Assembly: GCA_964016885.1 (NCBI GenBank)
Contig: OZ024742.1
Span: 102,734,001-102,798,000, forward strand
Reading direction: 5' to 3'
DNA from: Eledone cirrhosa
Taxonomy: Eukaryota
DNA: 64,000 bases
Shown here: one piece after another, positions 1-14,548 of the stretch
Layout of the letters: every line of letters starts with the position of its first letter
Numbering within the stretch: the stretch's first letter is position 1
Program-made: the position numbers and the translations under genes
The notes under the pieces: model-generated
What the model was told of the DNA's origin: nothing
The model's database searches: none
What the model saw: the letters and a program-made list of their open reading frames with translations, nothing else

Positions 1-794
1 TACAGCATGGCTGAATAGCTAAGAAGTTTGATTGTTCTGTGTGGTATCTTGGTGAAGTTTCATTCACCATAGCCTTGGGCCAACGCATGTCTTTTGAGTG
101 AAATTGGGTAGACAGAAACTTTTTCAGAACTTATTGGATAGATTGTACCAGTAATTTAAAGTGCTAGCCTTGTCACACACACACACTGCCAAACTAAATC
201 TCCCTGAGAATTACTTAAAGGATACATGTATCTGTGGAATGCTCAGCTTGCATGCTAATTTCATGAGCAGGCTGTTTCATTGACTGAATAACTGGATCAC
301 TTATTATCAAATCCAAATGAGGCCCATTCTAGAACAAGGAATGTGGTCTTGGAACAAGGTGAACACTACACCCTAATTTATCAAGAAAATTCTAAAGAAG
401 AATCATCTGCCAATGATAGGAAAATTTAAATGTTTACTAAATAAAGCTGAGTTGAGTTGTTAATAAGATTATAATTTTTTTTTCCACATTATTAATCTCA
501 TTATTAAAGATTATATATTTTTCAACAGTTATCTCTTCATTATGTTTTGGTTGGTTGTCTTACTCCCGGATGTCTATATCATATGAAACTGGATTTCAAT
601 TAGGAGAATTTATTTCTAAACTAACAACATTAATTAATTTCAAATCCTGCGAAGGTTAACTTTGCCTTTCATCCTTAAGGGGTCGATAAAATAAAGTACC
701 AGTAATGCACTGGGATAAATGCTGGCCTTGTGCCAAAATTAGAAACAATTAATTAATGATATTCAGTTTTTCAAATCCAACATGGTACTTATTA

Positions 795-1140
795 TCATCA
801 TCGTTTTTACATCCGTTTTTTCACGCTTGCATGGGTTGGGTGGGTCCTTCTCAATACAGCATCTCTCCGCTCATCACGTTCCTTTGTCATCTCCTCTGAG
901 TCTCAGTGATTTGAGGTTAGCTCTCCCAACATCTGCTCAGGTCTTTCATGATCTACCTCTACTGCGGCTTCCTTCCACTGGCATTTCCTGGCACTTCTTC
1001 ACCCAAAGATCATTGTCAATGTGCAACACATGTCCAAACCAATGCAGTCTTTTCTCCTGCACACCTCCTTGGTTTCCTCTTAAACCCAGCTTTTCTCTTA
1101 TCTTCTCCAAGCTCTGCCTTTCTCTCACGCTTACATTGTA
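795..1140 (-). mobile_element. RTE LINE 3' fragment
   Basis: Encodes KRLHWFGHVLH..WVKKC..VEGSRSRGR and ends in CCCATGCAAGCGTGAAAAAACGGATGTAAAAACGATGATGAT. Confidence 0.85.
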
Positions 1141-1169
1141 TAGCGGGAAGGAGAGCAAGGGCTACATAT

Positions 1170-1800
1170 TGATAATTTTAGGTTCATAACTTTGCTAAAT
1201 GCAGAGTTCAAAATTTTGGCCAAGGTATTAGCGATGAGGTTGCCACTTGTCATCGGTGGTCTGGTAGGGGTGGAGAGACATATGTCATTCTTAAGAAATC
1301 CATCCATGACAACTTCCACCTTATGCGATACATCATAGGGAGGATGGCTAAGGAACCTGGCACAGGTAGGGCCCTGATCAACTTAGATCAATCAAAAGCA
1401 TTCAATAGGGTCGACCATCAGCACCTGGTGGTGGTTCTCAAAGCAGCTGGCTTTGAGCCTGTTTCAGAAAAGGGATCGCTGCTATGAACAGTGATGATAC
1501 TGTCCTGCACACATTTATCCAGTGTCCGACTTGTGGGGTTATGTCGAACACCTGTTGTCATGTGTAGAATGAATTCGTCTATCAGCTGAGTCCATTGTGA
1601 AGATCACTCTGCTGCCTTCCTTTAATCAGGAAAGGCAGGCTGTTTTTATCTGTCTGACAAGCAGTTTGAGGAGAGAAGTAAGCATAACCTGAGTGAATGG
1701 GCCTGCTTTGAGTGTGCGCCTGTAGATTGGAGAAGGACAACTGGGACAGGGCACTTGTCCTAGAGATCAGGGCACCTATAGTTTTATGGGTTTTTTTCTA
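1170..1800 (+). mobile_element. Degraded L1/Tx1-type LINE RT fragment
   Basis: Encodes ITLLNAEFKILAKVLA (about 1187) and INLDQSKAFNRVDH (about 1377). Confidence 0.75.
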
Positions 1801-2044
1801 TGAGCAGCCCTTGAACATTTCCTCCCTATTGAGGAATTCCCATTGTTGAAATATTTATTATTACCTTAATTTTTACTTTTGTTAAACCTGTTTACCCCCC
1901 CCCCCCCACAAAACCCACACACTGATACACACACACACACACAAAACCCACACACTGACACACACATACATCCACTCTATATTTTCATCCTGTGTTGTCC
2001 TAATGTTTTTCTTAATGTAAGCCCTTTGTGAGGATTAAAGAAAT

Positions 2045-2085
<41 letters not shown>

Positions 2086-2957
2086 TTCCTCCCAAATTCA
2101 TTTTTTACTGTCTGCTTTCACTGCATAACTGAGTGCAGTTATGTGTGACTTGAGTATGTGCAGTATTTGTGGTGGTGGTGGTGGTGTATGTTTGTGTGTG
2201 TGCATGTGTGTGTGGGTGTGTGCATGTGTATGTGTGGGTGTGTGTAATTTCTCTAAACATAGTTATATATCTGACTGCATCTCTTTCCGCAGGAGAGATT
2301 TCTAATATTTATATCATAAATCCTGGAAATGATGAGGTTAACTTGACTTTAGAGGGATTTCATTCAGAGACATGAGGCACTGAAGTTAGATACTGCATAA
2401 CAGAGAATTTCTATACAGTTATCTAACTGTAATATCCTTTATATATATTAAAAAAATTATTTAGATTATTCTTAAGTTAAATTGTGTGAGAGAGAGAGGG
2501 GGTTGTGTCTATAAGAGGAACAGTGTGTGCATAAGTGTGTGTGTGTCTATATGAGAGTGTGTGTGAATCATCATTCTATATTCTTTTATTCTTTAACCCT
2601 TTTAACCAAACTGCCTGAAGCCACCTCTAGTTCTATGATATGTTGTTTTAAAGTGTTTATATTTATCTAAAAACCTTCCATCATAATTCTATGAAAGAAA
2701 CTTGGTTTCAAACACCAGCATAATAATAAAAAAGTTTGTTATACTATTAAATCCCTCCAAATTCTTGATTATTTTCCAAATTATTTGAAAATAATAGGCA
2801 GCTCATTCATTAGAAATATAGTAATGAAAGGGTTACTACTAACCTGCTTGGGACTGCCTGTAATAAAGTGTTCATATTTAAATTATAGTTTTTATTTAGA
2901 ATCTCATTATAACATGAATGGTTATGAGATTTCAGTTAGTCAAAACCAACATAATAG

Positions 2958-3275
2958 ATTCATCATCATCATCATCTTTTTTCCAGCACATGTTCCTTCC
3001 ACTTGTGCTCCTTTACCATTTTCTCTATAAGGTTTAGTGTTTTGATATCACCTCTCACTACCCTTGCCCAGCATTTATTTGGTCTTCCTCTACTGTGGTT
3101 TCCCTCCACTTGGAACTCATAGTGCTTCTTCAGTGATCACCATCCATACCCATTACATGACCATACCAATGCAGTCTTCTCTCTTGCACACTACATTTGA
3201 TTCCTCTTATACTCAGTTTCTCTCTCAGCCCATCCATGCTTCAATGTTTATGCACATTAACATTATCCATACATA
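2958..3275 (-). mobile_element. RTE LINE 3' fragment
   Basis: The minus strand encodes ERRLHWYGHV..M..G..RGRP and ends in a (GAT)n tail. Confidence 0.75.
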
Positions 3276-5024
3276 AAAAGGGAGCTTGATCTGCAAGAAA
3301 GAGTAATGAAATTCCCCTCAACTCATACCTTATCACTTTAAAAGGAAGGAAAGATACATGGTGTAATGTAGTAAGAGGTATACAACCCAATTAAATGGTA
3401 ACAGGTGGAACAATTTTGGTCATAGGTTTGCTCAATCTGGACTGACTTGCAGCTAAACAACTACAACAGAAACAAATTAGTAAAGTTACAGATATTCTAT
3501 TATAAAATCCCTCTGAAAATCTTGATTATGTTGAAAATTGATTGAAATAATTAGAAAATATATTCATAGAAAAATAGACACAAAAATATTCATCCTGTTT
3601 TCTCAATCAATTTCGTTGATGGGCATTCAGTTGTTTTGTTAACTATGTATCCTGTTTGTTAAATTAATATATAAGTGGCTGAGGGTATACAGACATGTGT
3701 GTGCTTAACATGATATGCAAGCCAAACCAGCAGGACACAGCTTATAATAATAATTACAAGTACAGCCCATCCAATGAGCTTCCACACAACCTAAACCATG
3801 GTAAAAGAGTCTTACCTAAGACATCACTCAGTGGGATCAAACCCAGAATCTCATGATTGCAAAACAAACTTCTGACTCACTCTGCCATCGCTACATTCAC
3901 AAAAAGGTTAATCTGAAGAAGGCCAATGCTCATGGTTTTCTTAGTTCCTTTTAAATTTTTAAATAACCAATTTGTTTCATTATTAAGTTGGTGGTTGGAA
4001 CATAGATAACTAATAGAAAGGTCTTTAGATAAAATTATTAGGGAAAGTTTTAATATCAACATTTAAAAACAGAAGGTTTTGTATCACACAGTCATACATT
4101 CATAGACAGTATTAGGTAGGAGGAGAGGGGTCTGGAGGAAGATGACATACCCATGACTTTTGAAGATCTTCTGAGACTGCTGAGATCAACACAGCTAATG
4201 TTCCTTTTGGACAGTTACATGTCGCTGAAAAGCATGTGCAGGGATGGAATTCTGTGTAAAAAAAAATTGGGTGTAGTGATTAGTGCAGGGACTGGTGCTT
4301 GGAAAGGAGATGGGCACTAACAAAGGCCTAAGGCCTATTGACATACCATGATGGACACACAGCAGAAATGCCTTTGCAGTTTTGTCTGCAAGGCACAGCC
4401 CAAACACTGCCCATCCCTAGGACCAGAGCCCATCACGTTCTCTTTCTTCTGTGACCCAAGATTCCTTGCTTTTTCCTTCCTTTTCCTCTCATTTTTTGCA
4501 TTTATAATCCTTTCCTCTACTTTCCCATACAGCCAGATCTGTCCTTCTTTACCCTTTCCACTTTTTCTCATTACTTGATTTTGTTTTTTATCTTTCTTTT
4601 TCATATTTATGTAATTACCAATAGTTTTTAAGCCAACTTAGTAAGTGAAACATATGTATTATGAATACCCCCCCACAAAAAAAAAAAAAATTGAGATGTC
4701 TAGCGTAGCACCCCAATGACTGTTGCACTAGTTGCAGGAACTTGATTGATTTAAACTTGGAAATTAAATTAAGTTTAGTCCTATTTAACATTTCATTATT
4801 TGGTGTTAATAACTTACTAGCTATTAGAAAGTCAACCTCTGTTGTAACATCATGATTGGGTGATGATGGTGGGTGTGGCTGTGTTAGAAGTAGACCAAGG
4901 AAGGTGTGAGAGGAAGTGGAGGCAGGAGATAAAAGAACTTTGAGTAGGGTTTGTCTTGAAGACAAGGTGAGCAAAGGTGTGCTCTGTTGGTAGATTTACC
5001 TGTCCAACCCATAGTAACAGAGAG

Positions 5025-5295
5025 CAAGAATGATGATGATTCTGTTGACAATGATGGTGTTGATGATGATAATAACTCCACTGATAATGATGGCAATGAC
5101 GAAGTCACTACTGACAATGATAGCATTGATGATGATGATGATGATGATGATGAAACCACTGACAATGATGGGGTTGATGATGATGTAAATGACAACAGTA
5201 GTGAAAATGATAGTAATGATGATGATGCCATTGACTGACAATAAAGATGGTGACGATGATATGGATTGCTGTTGTGATGATGAATGTTGACAGTG
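5025..5295. repeat. Degenerate (GAT)n simple repeat
   Basis: GAT/GAC/AAT triplet run. Confidence 0.85.
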
Positions 5296-5499
5296 TTAAT
5301 GTGTTAATCTTCTTGCCTAGACCCAACCAACATTTGCTGGTGCTGATAACATATTTTGATTGGTCTCACGGACTTACCAGCTTACCGGCTCTTTACTTTC
5401 TAAGTTTCATGCTTTCATCAGTGCCTCTATTCAATAGTTCTGATACAAGATTTATTTTTCTCTCCCTCTTTCTTATGCACAAAATCTCTCTCTTTCTCT

Positions 5500-5550
<51 letters not shown>

Positions 5551-5687
5551 CATATATATATACTCTATCTATTTCTCTTTGTTCTCTGATCAAGAACCAT
5601 CTATCTGTCTGTCTTTCTCTCTCTCTATATATATTATCATAATTTAATCTCTATTTACCTTCCTAACAAAGGTTGGATGGAGCAAGA

Positions 5688-5738
<51 letters not shown>

Positions 5739-5835
5739 TATCGGAGGGGGGGGGGGTTATATAATCTGCTCGCTGATATAATACTCATCTATTTTATCTA
5801 TATATATTTCTCTCTCTCTCTCTCTCTCTCTCTTG

Positions 5836-5866
<31 letters not shown>

Positions 5867-7759
5867 GCTCTCTTCATTCAAAATGAGCTGGAACTGATAA
5901 TTTTGATTTTTCTCGGACTGAAGGATCATATAATTGTGTACAGTTATAGTGAATAGGTTTGGACACGAGGGTCCATTTAGATTCTTCTGTCTGACTGTAT
6001 TGTCAGAGAAGTCCCTAAGGATACATGTCATTCCTTCTTTGCTTGCCACCAAAATAGAGATGAGGTCTTTTCAGAGTTTTTCATCTCCATAAGACATCAG
6101 AATAAAATGAAAATCCATGAGCAGATGAGAGAAAGAGCTGATGATGGTGGTGGTGGTGGTGGTGGTGGTGGTGGTGGTGGAAGTGAGAGAGTGGGCTGAT
6201 GGTGATGGTGGTAACCAATTGATTGTCAGGGGTTGGAGAGCAGGTTAACTTAGGTTAAGTGAAGTGAAGAGGAAGGAGAGGTGTAGCTTAAATTAGATTA
6301 AGTTTGGTCATTGATTGGTTGGGGGTCATTGATTTTTAAACCCCCCCCCCCCCCACATATATATATTTGTCTGTTTTTTTTGGTTTTGTTTTTTTAGGGT
6401 CATTTCTGATAAAGGAAAACTAATATAAGAGAAAAACCTCTGTTTATCATGAGACGTTTTTTTCTGTTTTAAATGGGAGAACAGGAACATGGTTTTTGCA
6501 TGCATGTTTGTGTGTGTGTGTATTTGTGTCCGTGTTTGTGTGTGTTTATATGTGTGTGCATGTGTGTTTGTGAATGTTTGTGTGTGTGTGTACACGTGCA
6601 CATGTGTGTGTGTGTTAATGCTATATAGTAAAGGAGAATGAATGGGTGACAAATGAAAGGCAGCAGGGGAGGGGGGCTGTGTGTTTTGTAAGTTGAAAAG
6701 CAGAGTAGGAAGAATGTGTTTTTTCTTTGGGTGGGGGTGGGGGGATAGAGCTTTTATGTAAAGGGATCATAATAATAGTGATGACAAGGGGAGATAGTGT
6801 GTGTGTGTGTGTGTGTGTGTGTATGAGAGAGAGAGTGAAAACACCTCAATAGCTAAGAAGAGGTAACTGAGAGAAGGTTTCTTTAACTCAAAAGAAGGTG
6901 GAGGTAAAATGGAAACAGAACACATACACAAATGCACACACATACACTAATGCACACGTGCACACACACACACACATGTACACACACACATGCACATGCA
7001 CACACACACAAACGACAAAACAAAGCAAAACACTCCAGCTAACCCCTTTATTTTTGCATTTTTATTCGTTTGTTTATTTTTATTATTTGTTTTGTTATTT
7101 ATTTGTTTATTAATTCTCCTAAGAATGTTGATGGCTGGTGTATTATCTTCATCTCAGACATGGAGCAGTTATCCAGCATAGGGCAGATTTAAGATTTAAA
7201 GATTGTTGAGGGAGCTAGGAGTTAGGGAGTTAAGAGAGAAGAAACAATCTACAGAAGAAGACAGAAACTTACTTTCTGCACCTCACCCACCACCACCACC
7301 ACCACCACCACCAATAATAATAACATCACTAAAACTGGAAGATAGAGAGAGAACATTTCCAAAATAAAACAAAAATAAACTACTTCACCACCCCTATCAC
7401 CAAACACACTCCACACCCAAATTTTGTTCCATGATAGATAAAAACTGGGAGTTATTTCTTCTTCCTTGCCCATATTTTTACCAAATTTCTTACAGATGTA
7501 AATAGTTAGAACCTTTCTCTTTTTTTTTTCCTGTTAAAATATTTAAGCGAAAGAGGGTGGTGGTGGTAGTGGTGTTGTTGTTGTTTTTGTTGTTGTTGTT
7601 GGTGGTGGTGGTGGTGGTAATGGTAGTGGTGGTTGTGTTGGTGGTGTTGGAGGATGTTGGTAGGTGGGTTTGGGGTTGGAGGTGTGTATGGAATAATCAA
7701 AATTATCTGTAATCCCTGCAATGTTATTACTGATGTGTTGAAGCCATAATGCTGGAGTT

Positions 7760-7761
7760 TT

Positions 7762-7804
<43 letters not shown>

Positions 7805-7885
7805 GTGTGTATGTATGTGTGTGTATATGTATGTTTATACATATTATATATATACACATGTGTACATATACATATATCTATATGT

Positions 7886-7956
<71 letters not shown>

Positions 7957-7977
7957 TACACACACATACACACACAG

Positions 7978-8047
<70 letters not shown>

Positions 8048-9048
8048 TCTCTCTGAATGAAGCAAATGGGAAATTAATCAGTTACTCTGTACATATGTCA
8101 TTGCTTAACTCTTGTTTTGGAAATTATTCAGTTAAATATAATTAAAGAGGTATATCTCTTGTGTCTCCAGGGGATGCCGTACAGTAAACACTCTCTTCTA
8201 TATATCATTCTCTCTCTCTCTCTTTCTCCTTCTCTATCTATCTATCTATCTGTCTATCTGTCTATCTGTCTATCTGTCTATCTCCTTCTCACACTCATTC
8301 ATCTTTCTTTTTACCCCCCCCCCCTCTTTCTCTGAGTGTCTGCTTGTGTGGCTGTGTAGTTTGTGTGTGGTTGTATGTCACTGTGTGGTTGTGGCTGTGG
8401 GGATATGTGGAGGTGTATGTGTGTGTGTGTGTGTGTTTAGGGGTGGGGGCTGTGTGTTTGTGTGTTTAGGGGGTGAGGGCTGTGTGCGTGTGGGCTAAGA
8501 TGTGTGTTTGTGTGTGTGACTGTGTGGCTTTGTTTGGAGCTGCTGTGTGTAGTGTGTATGTTACACTCTGTGTATGTATGTGTTTGTGTGCATGTGCATT
8601 ATTCTATGTGTGTGTGTGTGTACATGTGCATTGATGTGTGTGTGTGTGCATTGTTGTATGTGTGTGTGTGTGTGTGTGTGCATTGTTGTATGTGTGTGTA
8701 TGCACATGGTTGTGTGTGTTCCTGTGTGTGTGTGTGTGTGGTTCTGAGAAAGAGAGAACATTTTTTTGTGCATCTTTGTGTGTATCTGTGTTTCTGCGTG
8801 TATGTATGTATTAATTTGTGCTGTGCTGGATGTGTGTGTGTAAGTAGCCATTTGTGTGTGTACCCTTCTCTGTGTATGTGTTTGCATGTATATGTTTTTA
8901 CATGTGTTCTAGTTTAAGGGTATGCACATGTGTGCACGTGTATGTGTTTGTGTGTAAAACATGATAAAATAAATAATGAATACACCCAACCAATTTGTCT
9001 TGGAAGAGGCAGTGATATTCACATGTGTACTGAATATACACATATATG

Positions 9049-9087
<39 letters not shown>

Positions 9088-9088
9088 A

Positions 9089-9121
<33 letters not shown>

Positions 9122-9472
9122 GGTGTGTAACGTTTAGTTACTATTGGGGTTCACCATATGTATATAAGTATGAATGTATATATATATATATATATATGCA
9201 TGTACGTATTTATATACATACGTACATACACACACACACACACATATATATATATACATATAAATATACATGCATATCTATATATACATGTATATATATA
9301 TATATACATGTATATATACATTTGTATATATATATGTATATATACATGTATATATACATTTATATATATATATACATATATGTAAGTATATATATATGTA
9401 TATATGTAAGTATATATATATATAAGTATATATATGTATGTAAGTATGTATATGTATGTATATGTATGTATG

Positions 9473-9543
<71 letters not shown>

Positions 9544-9587
9544 TGTGTGTGTATGTTTATATATCTATATATAGCTATATATGTGTA

Positions 9588-9655
<68 letters not shown>

Positions 9656-9680
9656 CATTATACATGTATGTGTATAAACC
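7760..9680. repeat. Compound (TA)n/(CA)n/(TG)n microsatellite field
   Basis: Directly visible; it explains the YI/CV/HT-rich ORFs. Confidence 0.95.
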
Positions 9681-10914
9681 CTAAAACTATCAATAATGGA
9701 TGTATCTAAACTTTATCATGCCTTTGTTCATTAATATTTCAGGAAAACAGCAAGGTGCAGAATGACAATGGGGAGAGACACAATGTGAAGGGCTGGACTT
9801 GTATAAAATAAATTTGATAAATAATATAATAAAAAAAAAACTGGACCTAAAACAAAGAACCTTACTTGCTACTATAGCTAAACTGATAGTGCACCGTGTT
9901 GCACTATCAGACATAATCAATAAAATCCTAAGGATTCTGTTGTTATTGTCAAATAATGCAACGCTGTGCAGCTGTAAGTCTTTAGTGTACTGACTTAACA
10001 TGCTGGTGTTCAAATCACCCCCCCCCCCCCACACACACACACACTTCTGGAGTTGCTTCTTCACTTATGTAACTCATTCAATTGAAAGATGTTTGCATCT
10101 CATATTATCTTCCCTTGTCCATTCTACTATAACTCTAATTTTCACTCATATATAAGAAACTAGTTATCTGGGAGTTTAACCCTTCTGCCTGAACCTGCCT
10201 CTAGTTCTATGTGATAAAACTGTCCATTTTAAAGGATTCATATTTAAATATAATCCTTCTATTATAATTGTATGTAAGAGTTTTGTTATGTTCTAAACAT
10301 CAACTTAACAAAAAAGTTAGTTTACTAAATTCCTTCAAATTCTTGATTAGTTTCAAAATTACTTGAAACACATTCATTGTAATTTCATGAGAAATATGGT
10401 AACAAAAAGTTAGACAAGTTTTTAGTTTGCCATCCTTACATATACTAAGAGGTTAATTCAATCAACTGCATGCCCATTTCCCATAAATGTGAGGCTTTGT
10501 TGCAGTGTAAGAAATCGATAGTTGTAAACCAATGATGTGAGTCTCAGTGTGGCTATTCAATCTGCTAGAAATAGCAGTCAGATCCCTCAAATTATACTCT
10601 CCTGTCTTATTAAAGAAAGGATGCATTGGATAATGTAGTCTTGGTTGCGCTATATCTGAAGTATAGACAGGAACTTTGCCTTTCATCCTTTTGGGGTCAA
10701 TAAAAAACAGATCAATCACATACTGGGGTTTATGAAAATGGTTTCCCCCTCCTCACAAATTGTTGGCCTTGTGCCTCAATTAGAAAATGAAGGGATATAG
10801 CTAAATATTGATTTCTGAGCTCAGATCCCACAAGAACTGTTAAAAAGATAAGTATTAGTAATACACTGAGGTACATTCAGTTGATTATACCCCTTCAATA
10901 TGTTTAGCAAAAGA

Positions 10915-11135
10915 AGGGTGGTGAATTGTCAGAATTGGTAGAGAATCAGATAAAATGCCATTGTGGCGTTTGTTCTGGCTCTTAACATTCTTAGTTCAAA
11001 TCCTGCCATGGTTAACTTTGTCTTTCGTCCTTCTGGGTCAATAAAATAAAGTACCAGTCAAGTACTGGTGTTGATTTAATCAACTTTGCTCTTCCACCAA
11101 ATTTGTTGGTCTTGTAACTGAATTAAAAATCAATA
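10915..11135 (+). mobile_element. SINE family A, older longer variant
   Basis: Diverged copy with an extra GTTGATTTAATCAACT segment. Similar copies lie at 18393-18610 (-), 54950-55167 (-) and 55787-55970 (+). Confidence 0.75.
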
Positions 11136-11648
11136 TATTTAGTGAAGAAAAATTTGCAATAAATTCTTTCCTCTTCTTTCATAAGCCAGCCACAAAGCAA
11201 TGAAAATTAATAAGTATTTGTAGAAGGGGACCACTAACTTTGTAATCACTTGTGAGTGTTCAGGTGACTTACAAGTTACAGGTGAAGAGGTAAAGCAGGC
11301 CAAAAATAAGATTATATGGGGGTGGGGAAGGCTTTGTTTCCACCAGTTATAATGCTAATCTGCAATACAGCTGATAAACTGCTATTTATTTATGATAGTA
11401 AGTGAGATATGTGAATTAGTACGAAATGTAAGGGGACAAATTTTCCATTTCAAATTTTCCTTAAGTCATCAAAATTGTTCTGCTGTGGGCCATAGAAAAG
11501 TAGTTTGAGACACCTGGTATAGAAAGTAACCACATTATCTGGTAAAGAATCGTTGACTTGCCTCTTCTGTCCACATGTTCTGAACTCTTTATGAAGGAAT
11601 GTCATTTAGCTTTGTCTTGTTTCAGTATTAACATATTGGAAGAGGAAC

Positions 11649-12460
11649 TTAACCCTTTTAATACCAAACTGCTTCGAGCTACTTGTAGTTTTATGATACA
11701 AAACTGTTTATTTTAAAGTGTATATATTTATCTGAAACTTTCCATCATAATTTTATATAAGGGTTGATGTAAAGTTATGTTCCAAACACCAGCTTAACCC
11801 ATTAACATTTAAACCGGCTGTATCCAGCCAGAATTCTCTCACCTCTTTCTGTTCAAACTGGCCATAACTGGCCACTCATACTGATGTTAAGGTATTGTTC
11901 TCAAAATAAATAATATCAAATTCTCATAGATTCGATATTATGTGAGGTAAAGCCTTTACTGTGAAAATATAATAGTAAATATAGAGTAATGTAAATGCTA
12001 AAGGGTTAAGTTAGTTATATTATTAAATCCTTTCAAATTCTTGATCAATTTCAAAATTATTTGAAAATGATAGGCTTTTTTCATTTAAAATATGGTAACA
12101 AAACAGTTAAAATGCTTATTGTTATCTTCCCTTCATAATTTTATGTAGTAGCATTTATAAAGTTATGTTCAAAACACCAGCTTCAGTAGTTATATTTCTA
12201 AAACAAGAAAGTTAGTTATATTAGTAAATCTCTCTAATTTTTGAAATTATTTTTCAAATTATTTGAAAATGGTAACAAAAGGATTGAAGTGTTTATATCT
12301 ATCTAAAAACCTTCGATCATAATTTTATGTAAGAACCTTTAAGGTATGTTCCAAACACCAGCTTAATAATAAGAAAGTTAGTTATATTACTAAATCTTTG
12401 CCACATTCTTAATTATCATAGGCAATGTTTCTCATTAGAAATATGGTAACAAATGAGTTA
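11649..12460 (+). mobile_element. Tandemly expanded AT-rich TTAA-type (piggyBac-like) MITE
   Basis: TTAACCCTTTT...AAATATGGTAACAAAA..GTTAA family. Dispersed copies lie at about 2593-2835, 10176-10410, 35251-35485, 47000-47263 (-), 59570-59900 (-) and 60280-60490 (-). Confidence 0.65.
11798..12005. mobile_element. piggyBac-like MITE nested at a TTAA site
   Basis: TTAA|CCCATTAACATTTA...TAAATGCTAAAGGG|TTAA, located inside the host MITE. Confidence 0.75.
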
Positions 12461-12464
12461 AAGT

Positions 12465-14548
12465 AGGTATCACTGAATTTTTGAAAATACTTAAATCTAA
12501 CTGCTGTTGTGCCTTTTCTTGGAGAGCATCCAAAAAGAAACATTTTCATACTTCATTTGTGAAATTTGAATGAATATTTTAGGAAATATGACAATTTGAA
12601 TGGTTAAACGAATTGGTCGAAATTTTGCCTAATCAGGCCTAAATGAATAATTAGCAATATTTGTCATGTCATATCTCTGCAACCGAGGTTATGAGCATCT
12701 TCAAATAACACAAATTAATAGTGTCCATGGAATTGTAGTTGTCTAGTTATTTTTTTTTTCATGTTCTTGAAAACGAAACTTTTTGGGATGACAATTTAAA
12801 AAATATTTATGAAAAGCATATTTTGTTGTATGTAACAAACAACCGAGTTCGCGACGCAAGGGTAAGCTTTTCATGTGTTTTCAGACCTAGCTAATTCCAA
12901 AAGTACAAGCGACAGTGACTTGTATTTTGGCACATTTGTAGTAGGTATAGAACTAAATAAATCCTGAGATTTGGGGACATGATATCATTTCAATAAAATT
13001 TTAATGGATTATTAAAAATAGCTATAAACAATTAAATTACAGTGATTAAAAGCCGTCACAAGCTTTTCATGTATTTTCAGACATGGCTATATTGCAATCC
13101 GTTATCTGTAGGGGGCTCGGCTTTGAAACAATGGTATGGGGTATAAAACTGAATCCTCTCTGTAAGTTTAGAGTCCCTACAATACATTTAATAGGTATCC
13201 CTATAAAGCTCTCTGGAAGGGGCAACATGCACATTTTCATGTCAAAATATATTTTTTCTGTGGACAATTATATATCATTTGAAAGTTCTTTATTCTCATA
13301 TACGTTTGATCAAAATTCGACCCTGACACATCATGCCAGGTTACGAATTCAATACGGACATTGCTGAGGCTTAAAAGTTAACCAAAGTGTTACTAACAGC
13401 CCTTTACAAAGTGTTAGTGATATTTATTTAAAACATCATTCAATTTTATTTAATTATTAATGAAACTTTCTCGGAATTGCATGTAGACCTAGATTAAAAA
13501 ACAAACAAAATTCGAAAACTAATTCCTGTAAGCAAACTCGTAAGTAGCAGAGAGAGAAAAAAACACGAATTGGCAGTACTTGTGAAAATGTAAACAATCC
13601 ACGACTATATTAAAAATAGAAAGAAAAAAAACCCCCAACAAAACATCGAACTTTAATAGTCAACAAAATAATATTCATTGTGCAATATAATTTTTATTGG
13701 CAAAATTTGACCAATATTTATCAAAGAAAAGCTTAAATTCTGACCTCATTCTCTACATGTTAAAATAGTGAGAGGGAATAAACAACATTCTCAATATGAC
13801 GATTCCATGCTAATTTGGGGCTCTAGAATACTTATGTAGCTCAATTTAGCGCATTTTTTCGTCCAACTTTTGAAATTCTGGCTCAAACTCGATATTTGAA
13901 GCCTTGGATTCGTGTTTCGTTTCAGCTCTCGCCGATCGGGAATACGCCCTTTCAATAAGTAGAGTCAATATGTGTATTGAACATCCATGGTATTTCCCTT
14001 TTTATTGATTTTGTGCCTTTGTGTCATGTTGTGGCTAGAATTGGCAATGGCAGTATTAAATTTGCAAGAAATCTTTGTTTCTTGTGGTATAAAAATCTTG
14101 AAGTAAATATGTTCTTTTCTAAATGAAAAGTAACGATAAAATGTTCACTTTTATATTTCATAACCATCCTCTGACCCCATCGATTTCTATATCAAAATAA
14201 CCCCCAAATGTCCTCTTCATGACTATTATTTTCAACACAAATCGAGTTATAGTGCTCCAGCCTATTGAACTAGAACTAGTGTTATCGTTCAGCAGTTAAA
14301 AACGAAACCAGGACAAATGTTGTAAATGGGTGGAAATACGAGGGTGATTGAAGGGATCTGTCATGATATGTAAGTGTTGGATTTTGATGAAAAGTATGAG
14401 ACGAAAGTTCACATCCAGAACTTTCAAATGATATATAATTGTCAATGGAAAAAAATGTATTTTGACATGAAAATGATCAAGCAAAAAGCGGATTTTTGCG
14501 TTGTCAAACTGTGCTTATCGACCCTTTTTGGAGCTAGATGTGATCCCT
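12465..14548. mobile_element. 2.1-kb non-autonomous DNA transposon with 9-bp TSD
   Basis: AGTTAAAGT occurs at 12456-12464 and 14549-14557, and the termini are AGGTATCAC / GTGATCCCT. The element interrupts a repeat unit that resumes after it. Confidence 0.75.

Noticed and set aside
4987-5238. Asp-rich 83-aa ORF resembling an acidic biomineralisation protein
   Set aside because: It is a degenerate (GAT)n repeat with no ATG start, signal peptide or clear splice context.
5385-5428. Minus-strand CTGATGA-aagcat-GAAA-CTT-aga-AAG-TA hammerhead-like match
   Set aside because: Stem II is essentially absent and stem I does not pair next to the core, so it is probably chance.
7506-9665. Many ORFs rich in YI, CV and HT dipeptides (also at about 21.7, 25.3, 31.1, 42.9 and 51 kb)
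   Set aside because: They are translations of dinucleotide microsatellites.
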